NCBI GenBank assembly: GCA_964106915.2
Contig: OZ066921.1
Length of the DNA: 64,000 nt
Reading direction: 5' to 3' (one strand)
Origin: Podarcis gaigeae
Taxonomy: Eukaryota
Shown here piece by piece: positions 13,545 through 23,656 of the stretch (positions are counted from its first letter, which is position 1; each line of letters opens with the position of its first letter). A program made the translations under genes and the position numbers. The notes below the pieces were generated by a model. That model had not been told where the DNA came from, did no database searches, and worked only from the letters and a program-made list of their open reading frames with translations.

Positions 13545-14147
13545 TGTGAATCTGCTCTACCTGGAGTCACTTCCTCTCCTCAAAAAAGATATGGTAGAGT
13601 TGGAAAAGGCAAAACAATCAAAGGGATGGAGCAACAGCCCTATGGGGAAAAGTCACAATGTTTGGGACTTTTTGGTTTAGAGAAAAGGCAAGAAAGGGAT
13701 GGTAGAGGAATATGGAGTTATGCATGGCATGGAGAAAGTGGACAGAGAAGTCCCTCTTTCATAGCACTTGAAATTGAGCACATCTAATGAAGTGGAATGA
13801 AGATTCAGGACAGAAAAAGACACTACTCCTTTCCACAGCACATCTTTAAACTATGGAACTCACTCCACAAGAGGCAGTGATGGCCAACAACTCAGGTGGC
13901 TTTAAAAGAGAGTTACACAAATTCATGAGGGACAAGGCTATCAACAGCTCTTAGCCATAATGACTATGTTCTGCCTTCACCATCAGAGGCAGTAACTTCT
14001 GAATATCAGCTGCTGGAAACCACAAGAGAGGAGAGTGCTCTTTTGCTCAGCTTTCCCACAGGCATCTGGTCACCCACTGCAAGAACAGGATGCTGGACTA
14101 GATGGGCCACTGGCCTGATCCTGCAGAGCCTTTCCTATGTTCTTATG
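13545..14147 (+). mobile_element. CR1 LINE 3' fragment
   Basis: QKRYGRVGK..IKGMEQ RT remnant and the 3' end AACAGGATGCTGGACTAGATGGGCCACTGGCCTGATCC...TATGTTCTTATG; inverse homolog of 2850-3590. Confidence 0.88.
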
Positions 14148-14971
14148 CAATTCATAAAGGAAAACAAGCACAGCAAGCAGCCCTTGCCTCAGAGCCACAG
14201 GGAGAAAGAAAGCCTGGTTTTCTGACACTCACCGGCAGTGGCTGTGCTGTCGCTTTAAGAAGCCTCCCCTCGCAGCCAGTGCCAGGGAAAATTCCATCCT
14301 TTTTGGTACCGAGCGGAGCCTTTTCCATTTGCCGCCCAAAACTACGCCTTGCCTCATGAAAGGAGCATTGTGTCCGGCACACAAGGAGGAAGAGGAGCAG
14401 CTCAGGTGGGTGAGGAGAGGGCGGGAGGGCGACTCAGGCCCGCCAGGCAGGATCTCAAACACTCGCCCTCCAACCACACCACAAGGCCCCAAAAGGGCAG
14501 CCCCAATGTTAACCCCCCCCCCCCGCCCCCCGCACACACAAAAGCCACTTCTAGCAACCATGAAGCCCTTGCCACCTTTTGCTCTGAGGCACCAGTGTGG
14601 CAAGGAGCTCTGATACTGCAAGGGAAGGTGCAGGTAAGCCTTCGCTCATTTTCTTGACCCAGAGCAGGGGGTCTCTCTCCACTCACCTCCAGTCAAAGCC
14701 TGCTCACCAAGGCCCAGACATCGCAAAGCTAGTGGACCAGACCATCAGGCCTAAGCCCAGGGAGAAGAGACTGCCCCAGAAAAGTAGCGGGCTGTTGCTC
14801 TGACATTGCCCCCACCTCCATCTGCTATCTCCAGGCCCTGCACCTCTCAATACAAGGTCTGTATTCTGTGAGGCGGGGGCCATGGTGGGGGCAGGGGAGC
14901 AGTTTGGGCTGAAGGAGACGGAGAGAGCCTTTCCCTGCCGGGAGCCCCCTGAATAGAGGCCTTTATGTAGT

Positions 14972-14998
14972 AGCAGCAGCAGCAGCAGCAGCAGCAGC
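14972..14998. repeat. (AGC)n trinucleotide repeat
   Basis: About 9 AGC units in WWP2 intron 4. Confidence 0.92.
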
Positions 14999-15318
14999 GG
15001 CTGCCGCCACGGGCCACTCCAGCAACCACAAATGGCAGCAGACAGCCAAGGGCCTCGTGTTGCTGGGCGGGCTGCTCTGCTTTCCTGGCTGGTGAAGGGG
15101 TGGCCTCCATCAGACACACCAGCAGCAGCAACCCTGTGCGCCTGACAGGCCTCCCAGCTGCTCACAATGAGGCCTTGTCTTCTGCCAATGCCAGAGCATT
15201 TCCACCACCAGGTATGCCTTATTTCCCCCTGCCAGAGGACGCAGAAAACCTGGTGATGCCCAAACAGGAGGACAGGCCAGCGGAGGGAGCTGTGGAGAGT
15301 CTCTGCCATGGGACATAC

Positions 15319-15440
15319 CTTTCCCTTTGCTCTGCTTCAGTGCACTGGGGAGACTGATGGAGGCTGTGCCCAGCAACTCATTCCGCAGGGTGTGGTAGCT
15401 CCAGAGTTTCACGTCAAGGTGGCTTTGTGAGGTGACATTC
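15319..15440 (-). CDS. WWP2: WWP2 exon 4 (C2 domain)
   Basis: ctgcag|G AAT GTC...AAA G|GTATGT; NVTSQSHLDVKLWSYHTLRNELLGTASISL; 122 nt. Confidence 0.96.
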
Positions 15441-15994
15441 CTGCAGCGGGGTTGGGGGAGGAAGAGGGTGCAAAAGAAGACAGGTTGGTGAGGCGGTGGG
15501 ATCAAGTTTGCCTTGTGCCAAGCATGAGGGACGTTCAGTAAAAGCCAATTTGGGGACAAAACTAAACGTTAAAAGGTGAAAAGGGGGCTCTGCAGAAATA
15601 AATGAAAAGAATGTGAGTGCTCCCGACCCGTCATTAGGCTTCCCAAACATAAGAAGAGCAAACTAGGTCATCCCAGGCCCCAGTGAGAGGCCTTCCAAGG
15701 CCTAGTCATTTCGGCAAACAGGCTATAGATGACAAGTCAGGGGGAGCCAAGGGCCTTCCCTTGTTTGGAAACACAGCTGATAACATGCAGATGCGTCCCT
15801 TGCAAGGGCTCCTGCTTCAACATGGAAAGAGCAGCTCCGCAGCCACAGAGCCCATCCCACCACCTTTGCTCCTACACAGCTGCTAGCCTGGGCAAGCCCT
15901 TGGGGCCAGAGCAGACCCACCTGGGCAAAGCCAGTGCCTGCCCCAGCTCTGTTTCACACACACCCCCCAATTCCCTAGAGCCCCAAATTCTTAC

Positions 15995-16142
15995 AGCACA
16001 AGATTCTCGTTCCAGAGCAGCTCTGAGCTCCCGATCCGCTTTGCTGTCTTCTTGGTCTCGCTGGTGAGCCCATCCGCCGTCACCTCCACGAAGCAGGTGA
16101 TCCGAGCCTGGCGCCCCTGTGCCTTGGGCTTTGCTGACACCA
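15995..16142 (-). CDS. WWP2: WWP2 exon 3 (C2 domain)
   Basis: ctccag|TG GTG TCA...GTG CT|GTAAGA; VVSAKPKAQGRQARITCFVEVTADGLTSETKKTAKRIGSSELLWNENLVL; 148 nt. Confidence 0.96.
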
Positions 16143-16509
16143 CTGGAGGGAGGAAGTGGAGGAAGTTCAGTAGCTGCTCCTCGGCTGGAGTGGTGGGTGA
16201 CGCCTGCCCCAGGCTAGCCTGGTAGGGATTTTGGGGTAGCCAGATCTACTTGCATGCCAGGGAGAGTGACAATGCCACCCAACTGTGCCCTTTAACCCCT
16301 CCGCTTTACACAGGAGGCTCCATTGCTGGTTCCACCCTTTATGCAAGCACAAGACTGCCAAAGGAACAAGCAGGGCAAAGGGCATATCTATGGCCTACAT
16401 TGAAACCTCACTTGAAAATAGATGAAGAGCCCACAAAGAACCCTGGGAAGCAAACCTGCTGGCCCGTAGGGTGATGGAAGTCCCTTCCCATCCAAACAAA
16501 GGTTAGAAT

Positions 16510-16640
16510 ACGGGCAGCTCAATGTGGTGCCCTCCAGATATTGCTGGACTCCAACTCCCATCATGCCTGACCACTGGCTATGGTGGCTGCTGGGGGTGAC
16601 CGGAGCTGGAGCCAAACAGCACCACTTTGGCTACCTCTGG
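16510..16640. mobile_element. Palindromic hAT-derived MITE (ACTACAACTCCCATCA family)
   Basis: CCTCCAGATATTGCTGGACTCCAACTCCCATCATGCCTGACC...GGAGCTGGAGCC. Confidence 0.65.
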
Positions 16641-17200
16641 TTCAAACAGCCACTCTCCTCCCCTCCCCACCTTGGGAGCTTGCACTGGACAAGGAGGCAA
16701 GAGTGCCCCCTTGGCATTCCAGAGGGTCTCTTACTTGAGACCCAGAGCCTAGCCCTAGCTGGAGAGTGCCAAGGCTGATGAGTGCCGACTACAGACCCAG
16801 GGGCTGACATTTCAGCCACGAGAGGAAGGCAGAACAGCTGCAGCCTGTGCAGAAACGCTCCTGCAACTGCCAGTGTTGGGAGCCCCCTGGTGGCACAGCG
16901 TGTGCAGCTGGCCGGACCTAACAGCCGCAAGAGGCTGCCGTTTGGCCCCATCATACGCTCTCCCCCCCCCTGCAGCTGCTTGAGGTGCAACCAAAGCATT
17001 CATGTTGGGGGGGGGGCACCAGCTAGCCAGAAAAACAAGTCTGGGGTGGGGGGGAAGAAAGGGGAGAGTTGCCTCTCAGTCCTTATGAGCAATGACCCAA
17101 TGGCACACTGCTGTCACAACAGGCCAGAGGACAAGAGAAAAGCTTGTGGGTCTCATTTTTAAGAATGGAGGGCAATGTGAAGAGTTAAACACTCACATAT

Positions 17201-17300
17201 CAGTAGAGTTGGGAGATACCCTTGCCTGAAACCCTGGAGAGCTGCTGCCACTCAGTGTGGACAATATTAATCTATATGGACTCAGTATAAAGCAACTTCC
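17201..17300 (+). mobile_element. Squam2-like SINE 3' fragment
   Basis: GCCTGAAACCCTGGAGAGCTGCTGCCACTCAGTGTGGACAATA...GACTCAGTATAAAGCAACTTCC. Confidence 0.72.
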
Positions 17301-17929
17301 AGCCTTCCTCCTTGTAGAATGAATTTAAGCAGTTGTAGTTAGCTGAGTTCCTGCAGTATGATGGGATGACCCTGCAGTGGTGGCTCTCAGGGTGTGGAAG
17401 GACCCGGTAAGTAACCCTACCACAGCCATGCCTCTCTGACCTGGATCTAAAGTTTGCAGGATCAGCAAGTAAAAGTCCATTGCTGTTATGACTAGATGGT
17501 AGGGAAGCTGTTTCTCTTCCCACACCCACCCTTGAATGTAAATGAATGTGTGTGTACACACACACATACAAACAAATACTGATGGGAGAACCCATTTGTT
17601 CCCCACCCTGAACTGACAGTAGTTAGGAGTGGGGACTGCTAAAGTTCAGGCCATCTTGGCAAGCTGTAGGGAAAAGATCAGAAGGTCACACAGTCATCTT
17701 GTCGGCAAGGGTTTTCTCGCAGGCAAGGAAATTCTGGGTCAGGCTAAAAAAAGAAGAAGTCATCCCTACGCTGGGGACAGCACAAGTGGGAATGACTGGG
17801 AATAACTGAAAGACCACAGCAAACAAGTCGAGGAATTATCATGGGACCACCCAAATGCTGGCTGCAGTGCTTTCATGTTAAATGGAGCTCTTCTTCACTG
17901 GCAGCTGCTTAAAATAAAAGCAGTGTAAA

Positions 17930-18050
17930 GGGGGTGGAATCTGTTACCCTTCAGATGACAACTCCCACCATCCCTGACTACTGACCACACTGGCTGGTGC
18001 TGAGGGAAATGAGAACCCAACAACCTCTGAAGGGCCACAAGTTACCCATC
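17930..18050. mobile_element. Palindromic hAT-derived MITE (same family)
   Basis: CCCTTCAGATGACAACTCCCACCATCCCTGAC...CAACCTCTGAAGGGCCACAAGTTACCC. Confidence 0.65.
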
Positions 18051-18615
18051 TCAATGTAAACTAGCCTCCTCTTCATTTTAGAGAATATTTAGCACCTCCT
18101 GGGAGACATGAAATGTTCTCATCCAGACTGCTCTGCTCCCTACTGTTTTTTTTTTTTAAGCTTTTGCTCAGCATAATTATTTGTGAGTCTGAATAGCTCA
18201 GAACAGCACCCATAAAGCAATATAAATGTTTGTTCAGCACATAGGAAGAATCTCACTTGTTTTGTGGGTTCTATAAGCCTCCTAATATTCTGATCTGAAC
18301 TTGGCTGATAACCAGTCAATATCTGTAATGGATCTGAAATTGTTTTTTAATATGTATGATTGTTTCTATATGTGTTTTTTAATGTGTTATGAAATTCCTT
18401 TAAGATGCTTCATGGAAAGAGATTTGTAAATTAACTGAACACAACCCCACGGCGCAGCTACGCTTACACAAAAAACCCTTGCAGCTGATGGGAATTTCAC
18501 AGGCTAGCCAAGGAGAAAGGACATCCAGAGCCAACAGAGGGGCAGACCAGAAACAACCAATACCTCCTTATTATTGCCAAACTCCAGAGAGTTGCTCCTG
18601 GACAAGAGGACTCAC

Positions 18616-18664
18616 CTTTCACAGTAAGTGGAGATTTCTCTCCAGGCAACCCCACAGAAGCCAT
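18616..18664 (-). CDS. WWP2: WWP2 exon 2 coding part (start codon); whole exon 18616-18679
   Basis: cgtag|GCATCCAGCGATGAA ATG GCT...GTG AAA G|GTGAGT; MASVGLPGEKSPLTVK versus human MAS...VALPFEKSQLTLK. Confidence 0.88.
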
Positions 18665-18832
18665 TTCATCGCTGGATGCCTACGAAAGCGAGAGAGCAAC
18701 AGGTGACACATTGTCTGAAAAGTTGGGGCGAGTCTCCTCCAAGTTCCGGTACTGGACACAGAGCTGGGAGCATCAGCACTAGGGAATGGGAGGAAACCTG
18801 GTTTATGGGCTCCAGCTTCCATCAGCCACAGA

Positions 18833-18961
18833 CATGGGCGTATCCAGGGTTTTTGTTAGGAGGGGCAGGCTTTTGTTAGGGGGGACAGAACCTCAGATTT
18901 GTATTGATTTGTATTGCTTGGGGGGCAGTTGCCCCCCCACCCCTCCTTGGCTATGCCCATG
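18833..18961. mobile_element. hAT-type MITE with 8-bp TSD
   Basis: TIRs CATGGGCGTATCCA / TGGCTATGCCCATG; flanks GCCACAGA / GCCACAGC. Confidence 0.82.
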
Positions 18962-21129
18962 GCCACAGCTAGAATGGCCTGATGGTGTGAGATGCTAGGA
19001 GTTTGGCTACTTCCTGCTGCTTCTTTAAGTTTGCCCCTTTGGCTCAGGACAGGAAATACCTTGCTCTCACCAACCATACAGATAACTGCACCCTCCAAAC
19101 TTAGAACTTTTCCAGTTGTTGAGTTCTGAATTCTGGAACAGATAGAGCTCCTTGAAGAGAACCATCAGAAGCCCCAATCCAGCAACAGTTCCGGAAAAAC
19201 CAGGCCCCAGGGGGTAGAGTGGGAAATTCCCCTCACTGAGTAAGACAGCAAAGACAGATGGAAGAAGAGAGCTTCAGAGCACAGACACAAAGAGGAAGTG
19301 GGTGCAGAACAGCTCAGTTAAGGACTGCTAGCATTTGTTTGCACACAGCAAGCTCTGATGATGAAGAGGAGCAGGAGCAGCCCTACGGGAGCTTTTCATT
19401 CAGCAAAGAGGAGGAACTTCTTCATGCTTGAGCTTCTGGATCATAAAAAGTTTTGTATTTTAAGTCTCTGAATGACAAGTGGGCAGGTAAGGTTAGAAAA
19501 AGAAGCAGGAACACCCCCTCCTGAATGAGTTTCCTCGCTCACTTTCTATCCCCCACAGAAGAGTGAGTTTGTTGATTTGCACTAGCTACAGATCTCCAAG
19601 AGCAGAAAGACAGAGTTGGTTCACAACAGAGTGTGAGTCTAGCAACCACGCAAGCTGCTCAGGAGGAACCAAACCAAGTCAGCTAATCATTAACACATTC
19701 AATCATTGCATATTTATTACTCTCCTTCAAACCCAGCACTCTGTGAAGGTGATAGGTGACACACATACCAATTCACTTCATTCCCTCCATGGTCTCAGAT
19801 GCATTGAGAATGGGCCAAAAATTGAGTTAAACAGAACATAAGGTAAATTATAGGTGGATGGTGTTAGATCAATCCCACATATGGGTACAGTTCTAGTGTA
19901 CCCAGAGAACATCAATGTTGGTAGTTCCTTTCAACAAAATGAGCAAGATGCAAACAAGAAGTCTAATAGTTCACACACAGCAATGCAAGAGGCAGTGGCA
20001 AAAATCACTCAACATGCCTCATGACGTCTCTACATCAGCTGTTATCTGCATGACAGAGAGAGCTGTCCTCTCTCCTTTGTGAAATACTCCCATACTTCTT
20101 TGTAGAACTCTCTGGAGCTCCTTTAAAGAGTCCCTATGTTTCCCACAGCAGTCCTTGCTACAACCAGGAAGAATCTACACAATTCATTTGTGCGCGTGCA
20201 CACACCTTTGTTTAAACAGTATCACTTAGGCTACAGTAAATCTTTACAAGTAGCTGCAGCAGTCAGCCAATTCAAGAAGCAAACCTGTCTCAATCCTTGC
20301 GCTTATGTATAGTGAGCACATAAACAGCAGTTCCAACAGAAAAGCTGAATCCCAAACAATAAGCAATGCAATAAAAGAAGCAATACAAACTTCCCTATAA
20401 TCTGAACAAAGCAAATAAGTGGATGAACCTCCTTTGCATGCGTCCAAGGAACGTCATAGTGCCCCTAGTAGAGCCAAAGGCTATTCTGTGGGAACCTTAG
20501 AAAAGGAGGAAGGGCACCCAATGGTTTGATGCAGCCTCATCATACAGCAAGGCACTGTAGAGCAACACAACTGAAAAGCACACCCTATACAGACCATCTG
20601 GACACTTCCACTGGCACAAAACGTAGCAATTTGTCCCACAGCTGAGTAGGTTAATGGCAGCCCAGCTCTCTGGGGAAAACTCTACAGTGACTGCCAAAAA
20701 ATAAGTCCAGGTGTCCATAGTCATATGAAAGCAACTCTTACCCAGTGTTAGAAACTGATATATGAAGCTAGGAGCTAAATGGCATCTTAAACCTAGGTTG
20801 TGGGTGCAACAACAGCACACTGTTAAAATAACAATGCAAAGCTGAAAATGAACAAACTGCAGCTAAAATATTATGTTCATTTTTCACATTGTTTATTGCT
20901 TCCCCTGCTCACCCCCCCCCCCCACCAATATTCTTAAGAGGGTCTCTTCTCCTGTCTTCAGAGAGTAGCTGGAAGTGGGGAGGCAGAAAAAGGTCCTTCT
21001 TTCCTTCCACTCCGCAGTTTTAATCTGAAATCTTTGGTGCAGTACTGTGCCCAGAGCTCAGAAACTGTTCACACTAATGAAATTCCGTCACATAATGTGC
21101 CTAAAACAATGGGAGTTTTGAACACTGCT

Positions 21130-21230
21130 CTCACCAACCTAGTATACTCCAGGTGTTTTGGACTACAACCGTACTGGCTAAGGATGATGAGAGTTGTAGT
21201 CCAAAACTGCTGAAGGGCAGGCAGCAGGCT
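21130..21230. mobile_element. Palindromic hAT-derived MITE (same family) in WWP2 intron 1
   Basis: Perfect 14-bp inverted repeat TTTTGGACTACAAC (21156-21169) / GTTGTAGTCCAAAA (21193-21206). Confidence 0.75.
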
Positions 21231-21824
21231 AACGTAGTCTGCCTTAAAGGGCCTGAGGCCCTCTTCACCGTAGAGCAGTCCACCTCATAGAAAGTACATA
21301 TCTTAAGGACACCTTCTGAACAGACGAGCTCAGCTGCTGAGGTACTCAGAGACAACCCCTGCCCTCTTTAAAGCTTTCAAGGAACAAGGCAGGCAGGCAG
21401 TGGGGCTGGAGACCCAGGGTGCCTGCGGTTTCCAAGCCTGTCGACATTATATACGCACACATACAGCAAAAATATTTGGGGTTTGCTCAGGCCTCCCGTT
21501 TCTAAAGGTTTTGGCTAACTACTTCATCCCTTCATTTGCCACCTTCGCCTTTCCTGTAGCTTCGCGGGGCGGGGGTTGCTGTTGCTGTTATAACCTGAAA
21601 AGCGGGATGGAACTAACAACCCCTAAAAACAAACAAACGAATGTTTGTTTGTTTTTTAAAAGAGAAACTCAGGAGTGTTTTGTTTTTTAAAGCTGCCCGC
21701 TGATTTTCAAAATGTTGGAGAGAAGGAAGCCAGGTAAGCAAGCAAGCGGGTGTGGGTATCCGTATGTGTCAATCACAGCAGTGGCCAGACCCCCCGCTTC
21801 CCACCCTCAAATCTCCAGACTTAC

Positions 21825-21870
21825 CGGCGACGGTTCCCAGCTTCTTCCCACTTCCACCTCCTGTAGTCAT
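21825..21870 (-). other. WWP2: WWP2 non-coding exon 1 (5' end approximate)
   Basis: Minus-strand donor CCG|GTAAGT at 21824-21819 next to a CpG/ETS-rich promoter; TSS not determinable. Confidence 0.7.
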
Positions 21871-22329
21871 GGGTCATGTGACAAGTGACACGTCACGTGA
21901 CACATACTTCGGAAGTGGAAAGGGAGGCTACGGAGCCAGGACGGCTAGAGCGGAATGGTGGAGGAAGCGGTGGCTGCAGGGTCTCCGACTTCCGGTTGTC
22001 GGGATGTCAGACTGGAAGTATAAGTTCCGGTTGTCTTGTCAGACTGGAAGTATAAGTTTATTTCCCCGGGATTCTTTGGAGGTGGGTGGGCGGCATCAAA
22101 AGTATTAGATTAAAAGCCCGCCTTCAAACAATGCAATGCTCTATTCTTTTTTAAGTCTAGGAAGAAATGACGGTTTTAGAGGGGAACTACAGCTCCCAGC
22201 ATGCCTTTCTTCTGCGAACTATCCTCTGTGAGGCCCACAGTTCCCAGCATGCTCCACAATGGAGAGCGGGGGGGAGAAAGACTACACTTCCCAGAGTGCC
22301 CTGGGAGTCACAGTCTAAAGTGGGGCAAA
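21870..22329. promoter_or_regulatory. WWP2/NOB1 bidirectional promoter
   Basis: GTCATGTGAC 21873-21882, GTCACGTGAC 21892-21901, ETS palindrome ACTTCGGAAGT 21906-21916, further TTCCGG/GGAAGT sites, ZNF143-type motifs at 22186-22205, 22234-22253 and 22281-22300, YY1-like AAAATGGC over the NOB1 ATG. Confidence 0.85.
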
Positions 22330-22392
22330 ATGGCTCCCGTGGAGCATGTCGTGGCTGATGCTGGAGCTTTCCTGCGTGGAGCCCCGCTTCAG
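22330..22392 (+). CDS. NOB1: NOB1 exon 1 (PIN endonuclease, catalytic Asp10)
   Basis: MAPVEHVVADAGAFLRGAPLQ, CAG|GTACAG. Confidence 0.97.
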
Positions 22393-22955
22393 GTACAGTG
22401 GGAGAAGGCTGAGAACGGCTGCCTAGCTTGGCCAGTGGCCCCACTGGGGAGCCCCGCGAGAAAGGACCACAGGCCCAGGTGTATGCTTTACTTTGCGGTA
22501 GATTTTTGTTGGACCTGGAGACTTATTAGGCCATCCCGAGTAGAGAGAGAAAGCTGCCTAGACAGAGACTCTCCTTACGGCGCATGGCAGGTTGGGGTTG
22601 TGGGCCTGGAGATTGTTCCCTATCCCTTGACAGCTTCGGGCGGTTGGGAAGGGACACACACACACCCGCCTACCAAGCCAAGGTAGCTCCTCAGAATGTT
22701 GCATGGGACTCCTGGTGTCCCCTCCCTTGTTGCAGGTGGCCCTGTTATGCTTCTCGGTATGTGGGCATCCCAGAACCCCCAGATTAGCTTTTGCTCCTAG
22801 AATGTGAGCAGTAGGTCAGGAGAGGTGTGGCTGTAGGTCTGCCTCTCTCTTCCCTAACCTAGTTGCACACACACACACCCCGGCCGGCCCCCTTCCAGCC
22901 CTCAGGTTCCCGACCCACATTCAACAGCTCTCAGCTGTGTCTTCCCCACTGGCAG

Positions 22956-23088
22956 GACATTGGCAAGAACATCTACACAATCCGAGAGGTGGTGACTGAG
23001 ATCCGAGACAAGGAGACCCGCAGGCGGTTGGCAGTGCTGCCCTATGAGCTCCACTTCAAGCAGCCTTTTCCTGAATATGTAAGGCTTG
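22956..23088 (+). CDS. NOB1: NOB1 exon 2
   Basis: ggcag|DIGKNIYTIREVVTEIRDKETRRRLAVLPYELHFKQPFPEYVRL|gtgagt; 133 nt. Confidence 0.97.
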
Positions 23089-23205
23089 GTGAGTAGCCTC
23101 TATTTCATGGTCTGTCCTTCCTGCCCCTCTCCCACCCCATCCCCTCTTCCGTGACTTGCCTTTTTCTTTTTGTAAGTAACTTAGAGCTCTTGACTGGAGA
23201 GCAAA

Positions 23206-23321
23206 GGGTGGTATTCAATTCTAGTCCTACTCAGGGTAGACCCATCGAGATTAATGGACATGACTTACTTTCATTAATTTCAATTGATCTACTCTGGGTG
23301 GGGCTTTGTTGACTATAACCC
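23206..23321. mobile_element. Palindromic MITE-like repeat (CTACTCAGRGTAGACCCATTGAA family) in NOB1 intron 2
   Basis: Arms CCTACTCAGGGTAGACCCATCGAGATTAATG / CATTAATTTCAATTGATCTACTCTGGGTGGG; second copy at 35568-35690. Confidence 0.7.
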
Positions 23322-23522
23322 CAACTAACATGTGATACACACACACGCGCGGTCAGGAGTAGAAATCAAGTTGATCACCTACAATTGCTTCATTGTTACT
23401 TGCTCTTTGATGTGTTTTCCTGGTGCCCTCTGGAATTAGAGAAGCAGGTTTTCCTCATGACCGGTTGTGATTTCCTAGTTTTGCCTCTGGGCTTGAACAC
23501 TGAAATATTCCTTTGTTTCTAG

Positions 23523-23656
23523 TGACGGAGTTTTCCAAGAAGACGGGTGACTACCCCAGTCTTTCAGCCACAGACATCCAAGTCCTGGCCTTGACCTACC
23601 AGCTGGAAGCAGAAAATGTTGGTGTGGCTCACTTGAAGAAAGAGCCAGAGCAGAAG
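23523..23656 (+). CDS. NOB1: NOB1 exon 3
   Basis: tctag|VTEFSKKTGDYPSLSATDIQVLALTYQLEAE...EPEQK|gtggat; 134 nt. Confidence 0.97.

Noticed and set aside
21731-21739. Plus-strand donor CAG|GTAAGC upstream of NOB1 (alternative first exon)
   Set aside because: No promoter or exon start can be defined; such 9-mers occur by chance (another near 14632)
1-21825. miR-140 (intronic in WWP2)
   Set aside because: No CAGTGGTTTTACCCTATGGTAG-like sequence seen; it lies in a later WWP2 intron beyond the left edge
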